Source of the DNA: an uncultured Candidatus Saccharibacteria bacterium
Lineage (GTDB): Bacteria; Patescibacteriota; Minisyncoccia; UBA6257; 2-01-FULL-56-20
Direction of reading: 5' to 3'
NCBI GenBank assembly: GCA_964409535.1
Contig: CAYPDQ010000001.1
Span: 22,993 to 86,992, forward strand
DNA length: 64,000 bases
Shown piece after piece: positions 27,279 to 36,147 of this stretch. Positions within the stretch are counted from its first letter, which is position 1. Each line of letters begins with the position of its first letter. The notes beneath the pieces were generated by a model. The model did no database searches, had not been told where the DNA came from, and saw nothing but the letters and a program-made list of their open reading frames with translations. The position numbers and the translations under genes were made by a program.

Positions 27279-29030
27279 ATGATCAAAAAAACAATTAAAA
27301 CCAAAACGGTCTCTCCGCACGGGCGTCTGCACGTCAAGACGGCAAAGATAGCCGAAGACAAAGAGCCGCCGGTGCGCTGGGCGGCTTTGGGCGGCTTGGA
27401 GGAGATCGGCCGGAATATGATGTTCTTGGAGTACAAGAACGAGATCATCATAATTGACGTCGGCTTGCAATTCCCGGAGGAAGAAACACCCGGGGTGGAC
27501 TACATCATCCCCAACGTCTCTTATCTGGAGGCGAGGCGCGATAAGATCCGCGGCATCGTCATCACCCACGGCCACTACGACCACATCGGCGCCCTGCCCT
27601 ACGTTCTGGGGAAACTGGGCAACCCCCCGATATACGCCACCCAGCTCACCAAAGAAATAATCCTGAAGCGGCAGGAGGACTTCCCGAACATGCCCAAGCC
27701 GGTTTTCATCGTGGTCAAAGCCGGCGAGACCCACCAGCTTTCGGAACACTTCATCTTGGAGTTCTTCGCGGTGGAACACAACATTCCGGAGGGCGTAGGC
27801 ATGGTCGTAAGCACTCCGGCTGGCAAAGTTGTCCATCCCGGCGAGTTCAAATTTGACTACGACCGCGACGGCAAACCACGCAATATGGACGTCTGGGAAA
27901 ACGTCGGCAAGCAGGGCATCCACACCCTGTTCCTGGATTCCACCGGCGCGGAAGTCCCGGGTTGGTCCCTTTCCGAACGGGTGGTGGAAGAGGAGCTGGA
28001 GAAACTCTTCCGGGCGGCCAAGGGCAGGATAATCGTCGCGACTTTCGCCTCCCTCCTCGGCCGCATCGCGGAGATCGTGAAGATCGCCGAGCGTCTCGGC
28101 CGGCACATTGCTCTCTCCGGCTATTCCTTGAAAACCAACATGGATATCGCCTTGAGCTTGGGCTACGTCAAGGTAGAACAGGGTACCATAGTCCGGCTGG
28201 AAGACATCCACAAGTACCGGGATGACAAGCTCTTGATCCTCTCCACCGGCGCCCAGGGCGAACCGCGGGCAAGCCTGGTCCGGATCGCAAGCGGCGAGCA
28301 CAAACAGGTTACCTTAAAGAAAACGGATACCGTCATCCTTTCCTCGTCCATCGTCCCGGGGAACGAAGCCAGCGTCCAGATATTAAAGGACAATATCGCC
28401 CGCCAGTGCCCGAACGTTTTCCACTATAAGATGCTGGACATCCATTCGAGCGGCCACGCGCCGATAGAGGAATTAAAGACCGTGATGAAACTGGTGAAAC
28501 CGCATTTTTTCCTTCCGATCCACGGCTATTACTTTATGCGCATGCGGAACGCCCGCCACGCCCAGGAGGTCTTGGGACTGCCGCCGGAGAGAACCATCGT
28601 TGCCGACAACGGCCTAGTAGTAGAAATGCGCAAGGACAGGGTGGTGCTCACCGAAGAACAGGTGCCCGCCTCCTACGTGATGGTGGACGGCTTGGGTGTG
28701 GGCGACGTGGAAGAAGTCGTGCTGCGGGACCGCCGGAGCCTAGCCCAAGAGGGAATGGTCGTCGCCATCGTGACCATAGACCGCAACCGCGGCGGGCGTC
28801 TCCTAAAGAATCCGGACATCATCTCCCGCGGCTTCATCCTCCTCAAAGAGAACCAGGAAATTCTGGAAGGCATCCGCAAGCGCATCCGGGGCATCATTTC
28901 CCGCTTGCCCGCCCACCAGACAGTGGAACCGGACTATCTGAAGGCGCTCATCCGCGACCAGATCGGCCAGTTCCTTTATAACAAGACGAAACGCAGGCCG
29001 ATGATATTGCCCGTGGTTATAGAGATATAG
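27279..29030 (+). CDS. rnj: Ribonuclease J (metallo-beta-lactamase / beta-CASP)
   Basis: HGHYDHIG motif, beta-CASP and RMMBL regions. Start moved to ATG 27279 (MIKKTIKTK) so it does not overlap the tRNA. Confidence 0.85.
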   Translation: MIKKTIKTKTVSPHGRLHVKTAKIAEDKEPPVRWAALGGLEEIGRNMMFLEYKNEIIIIDVGLQFPEEETPGVDYIIPNVSYLEARRDKIRGIVITHGHYDHIGALPYVLGKLGNPPIYATQLTKEIILKRQEDFPNMPKPVFIVVKAGETHQLSEHFILEFFAVEHNIPEGVGMVVSTPAGKVVHPGEFKFDYDRDGKPRNMDVWENVGKQGIHTLFLDSTGAEVPGWSLSERVVEEELEKLFRAAKGRIIVATFASLLGRIAEIVKIAERLGRHIALSGYSLKTNMDIALSLGYVKVEQGTIVRLEDIHKYRDDKLLILSTGAQGEPRASLVRIASGEHKQVTLKKTDTVILSSSIVPGNEASVQILKDNIARQCPNVFHYKMLDIHSSGHAPIEELKTVMKLVKPHFFLPIHGYYFMRMRNARHAQEVLGLPPERTIVADNGLVVEMRKDRVVLTEEQVPASYVMVDGLGVGDVEEVVLRDRRSLAQEGMVVAIVTIDRNRGGRLLKNPDIISRGFILLKENQEILEGIRKRIRGIISRLPAHQTVEPDYLKALIRDQIGQFLYNKTKRRPMILPVVIEI

Positions 29031-32000
29031 CCAGCTTTACGCTTTTGCCGTTTATTCTTATCTCTTCCATGCCTGTCCCGACCTGCCCCGACTGAAACGT
29101 CGGGGCCGCAGCGTCGGGACTTTCGCCTTCGGAAACGCTCCGAAGGTAGGTTTTTTTACGGTCAAACAATTCCAGCGCTTTCTTAACGTCGGTGTCGTCG
29201 GTCTTATAGGTAAGCGCCGCCATTTCTCCCACCTTGAGTCCCTGCTTCTTGCGCAGTTCCTGAACTGCCCGTTCCAAAGCGCGCACCATACCTTCCAGGC
29301 GCAGCTCATCGGAAATCGAGGTGTCCAGATAGAAATTCAGAACCCGAGAGACCCCCGCCATCACTTCTATATTCTCCCCTTTCTCGCTCGAGAGGGTCGG
29401 GTCGAATTTCTTCACGTTCAACTCGCCCAAAAGTACCTGCATCAACTCCGCGCTGGGGGTCATATCTTCCTTGGTGAAGAACGCGAGGCGCGGCAGGGGC
29501 TGGCGCACCGGAACGTTCAGGGTTTTCCTCACCGCCTGGCCCAAGGACGCCGCTTCCCGGACGGTTGCCATATCCCGCAGGAGATCTTTCTCCTCCGGCG
29601 CAAGCTCTCTCGCTTCCGGCCAGTCCGAAAGATGCACCGATTCATCAGGTTTTAGGTTATAGGTTTTAGGTTTTAGATCCTGGTAGATAAGTTCGGAGAT
29701 ATACGGCATAACCGGTGCGATAACTTTGGAGGCGTTCAAAAGCGAGTGCCGCAGAACCGCGAAAAACTCCGTGTCCGTCCGGCCGCGGCTGCGGCGCAAG
29801 TACCAAGTGGAGAGATCGTCAACGTATTCGGAGATAATGCGCGTCGCGCGGACGGTATCGTATCGATCCAGATTTTCAGTCACTCCGTTAACTAACTCCT
29901 GGGTGCGTACGGCTATCCAGCGGTCAAGAATATTCGCGGTCTTCCCGGCCAAGCCGCCCGGCGGCGGCTCGTATCCCGCCTCCGCGGCGTATGTCTGATA
30001 ATAATTGAAGACGTTCCAGAGGATGAGGACCACCTTCCGGTACGTGTTCTGCACCTCTTTCTCGCTGAAGTTCAGATTATCCGCCTGCATCACCACCGAG
30101 TTCGTAAGATAGAAGCGCAACGCATCCACGCCGTATTTATTGATCACCTCCCACGGATCCGGGAAATTGCCTTTGGACTTGCTCATTTTGGAGCCGTCTT
30201 CGGCCAAAATCGTGCCGGTCGTGACCACGTTCTCAAACGGCGCCTTGCCGAAAAGGGCGTAGGAGACGACGTGCATCACGTAGAACCACGCCCGGGTCTG
30301 GGCGATGTATTCCGCCACGAACTGCGCCGGCAGGCGCTTGTCTCCCGACGCTCTCGGTCGGGACCCCGACTCCCGACTCGTCGGGACGTCGGGGAAAAAC
30401 TCCTTATTATCAAAAGGATAGTGATACTCCGCAAAGGGCATTGAGCCCGCTTCCACCCAGGAATCAAAGATTTCCTTTACCCGTCGCGCTTCCCCGCCGC
30501 AGGTCGGGCACTTTAAAACCACATCATCAATGTACGGCCGGTGGAGATCATCAATGCCCACGCTTATCTCAAACGGCTCTCCCGTCCTCGGATAGCCCAG
30601 CTCCGAGCCGTAGTACTTCTGGACCAACCACAGCGGGTCGCCATGGCCGACAATTAGAATCCTCTTGTTTTGGTAATTTTTATCCGCTTCCTTTATGAAG
30701 CTGACCATCCGCGCCTGGATCTCGGTCCATGTTTCCCCGCCCTCCGGCGCTTCCGTCCAACGGTCGCGTTTAGAAGCGAACTCTTCGTGATATTCTTTCT
30801 CACTCCTACCCTCAAAAGTGCCGGTGTTGTACTCCCGCAAGCGCTTGTCGGTCTTTGCCTCCACCCCAAGCACCTTGCCGACGATCTCGGCCGTACGCCT
30901 GGTTCTCAAAAAGTCGGAGGTGAATATTAGGTCCACGCCGCCCTTGGCCTTTATTTTCTCGGCAATTCCCTCCGCCTCTTTCACTCCTTTCTCCGTCAGA
31001 TCATATTTATCATTTTCTGTCCGTCCATTCACGACCTCCCGGACGTTCTTCTCCGCCTCTCCGTGGCGGGTGAAATAGAAAGTATTGGTGCTCAAGCCCA
31101 GTTCCTTAATGCTCCCCACCACAACCGGCGGGCAATTTTTATCACCTGCCTGCGCAGGCAGGCATTTCCAGACCGGAATCGGATTTCCCCAATAGCGGTT
31201 GCGGGAAATGTTCCAGTCCGGCGCGGATTCCACGCTTTTCTCATAGCGGCCGTGCTTCAAATGCTCCGGGAACCAGTTTATCTCCCTGGAGTTGGAGTCA
31301 ATCAGTTCTTTTTTCATCTTCTGGATGTTGATGAACCATGCCGGAATCGCATTGTAGTAGAGAGGATTGCCGCATCTCCAGCAGTGCGGATAGGAGTGGG
31401 TCACTTTTTCTTTGCGTAGAAGCAAGCCACGCTTCTCCAGGTCGGCGATTATGATTGAATCGGCATCTTTGAAATACTTGCCGCGCAGGAATTCCGGCGC
31501 CTTGTCGTTGAACTTGCCTCTGTCGTCCAGCATCGGCACGACCGGGAGCCCAACTTTCTGACCCAACTCGTAGTCCTCTTCGCCATAGACGACCGCAGTG
31601 TGCACGATGCCTGTGCCTTCCTCGGTGGAAACGAAGTCAGCTGCGTACACCTTAAAAGCGGCCTGCCCTTCGGAGCCTTGGCGAAGAATGGGGATGTCAA
31701 AAAGCGGTTCATACTCCAAACCGACGAGTTCCGAGCCCTTGAATTCTTCCACTATGTCATTGCGAGGCGCCGTAGGCACCGCGGCAATCCCTTGAGATTG
31801 TTTCCCGCCACTGCCCTGCATCGCGGTCGCAACGACGGCACTAACCCTATCTTTCGCTAAAATGTAAAACTCCTCCTCAACTCTAACTTTCACGTAATCA
31901 ATCTTTTCTCCCACCGCTAACGCAACGTTTCCAGGCAAGGTCCATGGTGTCGTAGTCCAAGCCAGAAGATAGGTGTTTGGTGTTAGGTTATAGGTTTTAG

Positions 32001-32643
32001 AATCACTTTTAACATTTGAGCTTTTAACCTTGAACTTCACAAAGACGGCGTCTTCCACGACGTCTTTGTATGAATTGTCCATCGCCACTTCAAAGTTGGA
32101 AACCGGCGTCTCGCATCTCGGGCAGTACATCAAAACCTTCCGGCCCTCGTACACCAGCCCTTTGTCGTAAATTTGCTTGAACGCCCACCAGACCGACTCC
32201 ATATAGTCCCTGTCCATCGTCTTGTAGGAGTTCTCAAAGTCAATCCAGCGCGCGATTCGCCGGACCATCTTCCCCCATTCGTCTGCGAACATAAGCACCT
32301 TCTCCCGGCAGGTGCGGTTGAATTTCTCTATCCCGATCTCTTCTATCTGCTTCTTGCCGGAGATGCCCAGTTCCCGCTCCACAACTTCTTCTATCGGCAG
32401 GCCGTGGCAGTCCCAGCCCCAGCGGCGACGGACGAAACGGCCCTTCATCGTCTGGTAGCGGGGAAAGAGGTCTTTGACGGTGGATGCCAAAATATGCCCG
32501 TAGTGCGGGAGGCCGGTAGCAAAAGGCGGCCCGTCGTAAAAAGTGTAGGGCTTGCCGCCTTTAGTCTTCTCTAATGACTTTTGGAAAACCCGGTTCTTTT
32601 CCCAGAAGTCCAGTATCTTTTCTTCCAGCTCTTTCGGATTCAT
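29017..32643 (-). CDS. ileS: Isoleucyl-tRNA synthetase (type 2, eukaryote-like) with an inserted histidine-phosphatase (PGAM-like) domain
   Basis: 1208 aa. HYGH/KMSKS class I motifs, editing domain and zinc-finger CPTCGG. An insert of about 170 aa with an RHGE His-phosphatase signature lies between ...VVVGSIKELG and GIDDLHRPY. Confidence 0.9.
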   Translation of the reverse strand: MNPKELEEKILDFWEKNRVFQKSLEKTKGGKPYTFYDGPPFATGLPHYGHILASTVKDLFPRYQTMKGRFVRRRWGWDCHGLPIEEVVERELGISGKKQIEEIGIEKFNRTCREKVLMFADEWGKMVRRIARWIDFENSYKTMDRDYMESVWWAFKQIYDKGLVYEGRKVLMYCPRCETPVSNFEVAMDNSYKDVVEDAVFVKFKVKSSNVKSDSKTYNLTPNTYLLAWTTTPWTLPGNVALAVGEKIDYVKVRVEEEFYILAKDRVSAVVATAMQGSGGKQSQGIAAVPTAPRNDIVEEFKGSELVGLEYEPLFDIPILRQGSEGQAAFKVYAADFVSTEEGTGIVHTAVVYGEEDYELGQKVGLPVVPMLDDRGKFNDKAPEFLRGKYFKDADSIIIADLEKRGLLLRKEKVTHSYPHCWRCGNPLYYNAIPAWFINIQKMKKELIDSNSREINWFPEHLKHGRYEKSVESAPDWNISRNRYWGNPIPVWKCLPAQAGDKNCPPVVVGSIKELGLSTNTFYFTRHGEAEKNVREVVNGRTENDKYDLTEKGVKEAEGIAEKIKAKGGVDLIFTSDFLRTRRTAEIVGKVLGVEAKTDKRLREYNTGTFEGRSEKEYHEEFASKRDRWTEAPEGGETWTEIQARMVSFIKEADKNYQNKRILIVGHGDPLWLVQKYYGSELGYPRTGEPFEISVGIDDLHRPYIDDVVLKCPTCGGEARRVKEIFDSWVEAGSMPFAEYHYPFDNKEFFPDVPTSRESGSRPRASGDKRLPAQFVAEYIAQTRAWFYVMHVVSYALFGKAPFENVVTTGTILAEDGSKMSKSKGNFPDPWEVINKYGVDALRFYLTNSVVMQADNLNFSEKEVQNTYRKVVLILWNVFNYYQTYAAEAGYEPPPGGLAGKTANILDRWIAVRTQELVNGVTENLDRYDTVRATRIISEYVDDLSTWYLRRSRGRTDTEFFAVLRHSLLNASKVIAPVMPYISELIYQDLKPKTYNLKPDESVHLSDWPEARELAPEEKDLLRDMATVREAASLGQAVRKTLNVPVRQPLPRLAFFTKEDMTPSAELMQVLLGELNVKKFDPTLSSEKGENIEVMAGVSRVLNFYLDTSISDELRLEGMVRALERAVQELRKKQGLKVGEMAALTYKTDDTDVKKALELFDRKKTYLRSVSEGESPDAAAPTFQSGQVGTGMEEIRINGKSVKLAISL

Positions 32644-32900
32644 CCCGTTAGAGACAGGAAACGCCTTAAGCGGTTCTCGAGGTAGCGTTTGCCTGGGCCA
32701 CTCTTTAGGTACTTTTCTCGCGACCTTGCGTCATCTTCATTGAGACACGCCTCGTAGTATACGAGGTTCCAGGGGGCACGGCTCTTAGTCCAGGTTGATT
32801 TGCCTTCGTTATGCTGCTTAAGACGTTTCCGTAAGTCGTTCGTGCTACCGGTGTACCAATAGCTGCTTTTCTTGCTTTGGATAACATAGGTGTAGTACAT
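32640..32900 (-). CDS. GIY-YIG nuclease-family protein (about 86 aa), bounded by terminal inverted repeats
   Basis: MYYTYVIQSKKSSYWYTGSTNDLRKRLKQHN is a canonical GIY-YIG motif. The frame is open up to GTG 32930. 14-bp inverted repeats ATCCCGTTAGAGAC lie at 32641-32655 and 32907-32921. Confidence 0.7.
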   Translation of the reverse strand: MYYTYVIQSKKSSYWYTGSTNDLRKRLKQHNEGKSTWTKSRAPWNLVYYEACLNEDDARSREKYLKSGPGKRYLENRLRRFLSLTG

Positions 32901-32921
32901 AAGCTTGCGGTCTCTAACGGG
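32641..32921. mobile_element. Small TIR-bounded element carrying the GIY-YIG ORF (putative founder of a MITE-like family)
   Basis: The left end TCATCCCGTTAGAGACAGGAAAC and the right end AAGCTTGCGGTCTCTAACGGGAT are inverted copies. The same ends recur without the ORF at 46780-46899, 51438-51512 and, degenerate, at 50906-50936. Confidence 0.55.
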
Positions 32922-32943
32922 ATTAAGCACGAATCTAAAAATA

Positions 32944-34707
32944 TCAGATTTTTTCCGGTGCGGAAATACCGAGGAGGCCGAGGCCGGTTTTCATAACACC
33001 GGCGGCTACGGCGACGAGCGCAAGCCGCGCCTCCCGCCTTTCCTTGTCTTCATCTTTGAGTATCGGCGTGGATTCATAGTAGGAATTAATCGCGTTCGCG
33101 AGTTCGTAGAGATAAACGGCGACGGCATTCGGGGCGCACGCCGCAGCCGCGGATTTCACTGCCTCCGGGAACTCCGCCATTTTCCTGATTAGCGCGAGTT
33201 CATTCTCTTCAATAAGGCGCGCTGCGTTCCACGTTCCACGTTCCACGCCCCGTGATTTGCGCAAGATACTGCGCAAACGTGCATAGGTGTATTGGAGATA
33301 CGGCCCGCTGTCACCCTGGAAAGAGATTGATTTGTCCATGTCAAAAACAATGTCCCGGCCGACGCCCTGTTTCAAGATGGAGTAACGGATGGCGGCCAGG
33401 GCCACTTTTTCTTCTATCTCTTCGCGTTCTCTTTTGGTAAGCTCCTTGCGTTCGGCTACTTTTTTAGCCACCGCTTCTTTCAGCTGGTCAATCAGCGCCT
33501 CCGCGGTGATAACCTCGCCGGTGCGGGAGGACATTTTACCCGAAGGTAAGCGCATCATGCCGTGGCTAAGATGGACTGTTTTCTCCGCCGCTTCCGGCAC
33601 TACCTGCTCCATCGCTTTCAAAACCACTCTGAAGTATTCATTGATTTCGTTTCCGGTCACGATAAACGATGCGTCCGGGTGATACAGGTCAAATTTTTTC
33701 TGGTTCAGTCCCAGCTCCTTGGCCTCATACGTCGGCAAGCCCTGGGAGTTTATAAACACTCTGTTGTGCAGGCCGTACTTCTCGCCGGGAAAGATAATCG
33801 CGCCTTCACTTTTTTGAAACACCTCCGGATGGGCCTTAACGAGCTTCACACCCACCGGTCCAACTTCGCTTTCAAAGAAATAATGGACGAACTTCGTGCC
33901 CAGCCGCCTATAAATCGTCTCAAAATAGTCTAAGCTCCACTTGCGGCCGAGATCGTATAATCTGTTTATTTCTTTGTCTGAACGGTTGTATACCTTGACG
34001 TTTATATCCTCCACTTGCTTCCTTAGCTCATCCTTATCTGGACCACCCCTCAAAGAACCGCTGATATCTTTCATATCGTAAGCGCCAGAGCCAACAGTAT
34101 ATGCATTAGCGAGATATCTTATTTTCTTATCTAGAGCGTCTCCTTTTCTGGGCAAGCTGCCTTGCAAAATATAGAGAATACCCCAAATGGTTTTAGCCAC
34201 ATGCAAACCAACGTCGCCCTGGTAATTCACGCGCAAGACCTTGGCCCCGGCGGCCTCGTGGAGGCGGGCGATGGCTTCGCCGATGACATTGGTCATGAGA
34301 TGCCCAATGTGAAACTGCTTGAACGGGTTGGGGTCGGTGTACTCCACCATCACTTTCTTGCCTTTGAGCAAATCCAGACGGCCATAATCGCGGCTTGCGG
34401 CAATCTGCGCGAACTCCTCTTGGATGGCTTTCTCCGACAGCCAAAAGTTTATGAATCCCGGCGGGGCGACCTGAACATTTTGAATAAATCTCTGCGGGGC
34501 GACTTTCCGGACTCTCTCCGCGATTTCTTCAGCCACCGCCATCGGGCTGCGGCCCTTTTCCTTGGCCAAACGCAAGGCGAGGTTCGTGGAGTAGTGGCCA
34601 AATTCAGATTTAGCAGCCAGAGACAAGTCAAAATCGGCATGTTTGCCTGCCTGCGCAGGCAGGCCTGCCGCCTTCTTCAAGAGTTGAGCAAGCTTTCGCC
34701 GTATCAC
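32944..34707 (-). CDS. argS: Arginyl-tRNA synthetase
   Basis: 587 aa with the HIGH-region (FHIGHLM), Add-1 N-domain and DALR anticodon-binding domain. Confidence 0.9.
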   Translation of the reverse strand: MIRRKLAQLLKKAAGLPAQAGKHADFDLSLAAKSEFGHYSTNLALRLAKEKGRSPMAVAEEIAERVRKVAPQRFIQNVQVAPPGFINFWLSEKAIQEEFAQIAASRDYGRLDLLKGKKVMVEYTDPNPFKQFHIGHLMTNVIGEAIARLHEAAGAKVLRVNYQGDVGLHVAKTIWGILYILQGSLPRKGDALDKKIRYLANAYTVGSGAYDMKDISGSLRGGPDKDELRKQVEDINVKVYNRSDKEINRLYDLGRKWSLDYFETIYRRLGTKFVHYFFESEVGPVGVKLVKAHPEVFQKSEGAIIFPGEKYGLHNRVFINSQGLPTYEAKELGLNQKKFDLYHPDASFIVTGNEINEYFRVVLKAMEQVVPEAAEKTVHLSHGMMRLPSGKMSSRTGEVITAEALIDQLKEAVAKKVAERKELTKREREEIEEKVALAAIRYSILKQGVGRDIVFDMDKSISFQGDSGPYLQYTYARLRSILRKSRGVERGTWNAARLIEENELALIRKMAEFPEAVKSAAAACAPNAVAVYLYELANAINSYYESTPILKDEDKERREARLALVAVAAGVMKTGLGLLGISAPEKI

Positions 34708-35210
34708 TTTTCAATTTTAACAAGGCGCAGCTCACCGCGGAAGAGCGATGCGAAAAACGTCTTCAAGGTGTCGTAGATGACCGGCAGTTCCAGGTAATCT
34801 ATCGCGATCGCCGCCCAGGCAAGCCAGAGCGGGAAGGCCACGAGCGAGCCGCCCATGAACTTCTGGAGTACGAACTCGTCCGTAATCCAAAGTATGTGCA
34901 GCCACTGGGAGTTCAAAAAGAGAAGCATCCAGACGCTCTTCCAGTTGAAGCCCCGGCGCAGCTCGTCTATGTAGATTAGCGAAACGCCCAAAAGCGCCGG
35001 GATCTCGGTGTAGTCCACGAGCACCAGGAGTGTTTGCCAGAAAGCGTGCAGCGGGAAATAGCTCTCCGCAAAAAGGCGCATAGCGACCACGTGCGCGGAG
35101 AGCCACCAAAGGTGAGTAAGTTGCAGCAAAAACAAGCCGGTGGAAAGTCCGACCGTCAAAAGGTAGTTCCGCTCGTACCAGGACCAGAATTTAGCGACAA
35201 ATTTACGCAT
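34704..35210 (-). CDS. Hypothetical integral membrane protein
   Basis: 168 aa with 4-5 TM. The stop and start are coupled with argS. Confidence 0.35.
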   Translation of the reverse strand: MRKFVAKFWSWYERNYLLTVGLSTGLFLLQLTHLWWLSAHVVAMRLFAESYFPLHAFWQTLLVLVDYTEIPALLGVSLIYIDELRRGFNWKSVWMLLFLNSQWLHILWITDEFVLQKFMGGSLVAFPLWLAWAAIAIDYLELPVIYDTLKTFFASLFRGELRLVKIEK

Positions 35211-35237
35211 TGGGCTATACTAATAAAGAATTCTACT

Positions 35238-35711
35238 ATGAGCAATGCTGACTCACCAAAAGTTCTCGCCGAAAACCGGCGTGCCAGATTCGACTACGAT
35301 ATCCTTGAGACATACGAGGCGGGATTGGAGTTGATCGGCCAAGAGGTTAAAAGCGTGAAGGGGGGCAAGATGCAAATTTCCGGAAGCTATGCGCTCATCC
35401 GCCCGCCAGCATCCGGGCGGGCAGGGGGCGGCGAGGCCTGGCTCACGAACTCCGTCATCCCGCCGTACCAGCCGAAAAATGCGCCGCCGGACTACGACCC
35501 GGAACGCAGCCGCCGCCTCCTCCTGCGCAAAGAGGAGTTAAAGAACCTCTCCGGCCGTCTGCACGAGAAAGGGCTCTCGCTTCTGCCCCTCCGGGCCTAC
35601 GCCAAGCGCGGCTTCGTCAAAGTGGAACTCGGACTCGGCCGCAGCCGCAAAAAGAGCGACAAGCGCGAGTTCCTGAAAAAGCGCGCCGCGGAAAGAGAAA
35701 TGAGGGGCTAG
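35238..35711 (+). CDS. smpB: SsrA-binding protein SmpB
   Basis: Start at the internal ATG (MSNADSPKVLAENRRARFDYDI). Colinear with the SmpB consensus (NR.A...Y.I.E..EAG..L.G.EVKS...G) and the basic C-tail. Confidence 0.85.
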   Translation: MSNADSPKVLAENRRARFDYDILETYEAGLELIGQEVKSVKGGKMQISGSYALIRPPASGRAGGGEAWLTNSVIPPYQPKNAPPDYDPERSRRLLLRKEELKNLSGRLHEKGLSLLPLRAYAKRGFVKVELGLGRSRKKSDKREFLKKRAAEREMRG

Positions 35712-36121
35712 CGTTTCGGCTCTGGCCCCTTCGATTCGCCGTCAAACCTGCCGCCGGTAAGGATCCAGGTGCCGCGCACCGTTTTCACGCTGTAGTAGAG
35801 AGCCAAGAGGAAAATTATCGCCAAAACCTGATTCACAAAGAAAAAGTATATTTCTTCCTCAAAATTGGCGTAGGCGCGGACGGTATAGTATTCAAAACTG
35901 ACTACCGCGAAAATAGAAACGAGAAGGTTCAGGACGTTGCTCCAGAATTTGGCCGGGGTAGTGACGCCGGCGGCGATGTCCACCACTATCACCGCGAATA
36001 TTGTCACGTAGAGCGGCAAAGAAATGTCCTTCCAGAAGAGAGGCAGAGAGAGCGCCATCACGAACGCCGCCACGAGAAAAAACCGCCGCACCTTGTCCCC
36101 ATAGTAATGCAACATCGGCAT
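35708..36121 (-). CDS. Hypothetical membrane protein (4 TM)
   Basis: 137 aa, hydrophobic. Confidence 0.3.
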   Translation of the reverse strand: MPMLHYYGDKVRRFFLVAAFVMALSLPLFWKDISLPLYVTIFAVIVVDIAAGVTTPAKFWSNVLNLLVSIFAVVSFEYYTVRAYANFEEEIYFFFVNQVLAIIFLLALYYSVKTVRGTWILTGGRFDGESKGPEPKR

Positions 36122-36147
36122 AGTTCTATAATTGTATCATAAGCGCT

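Noticed and set aside
35034-35237. N-terminal 68-codon extension of smpB in the ORF track
   Set aside because: The extension overlaps the upstream membrane-protein gene on the opposite strand. The SmpB homology begins at the internal ATG 35238.
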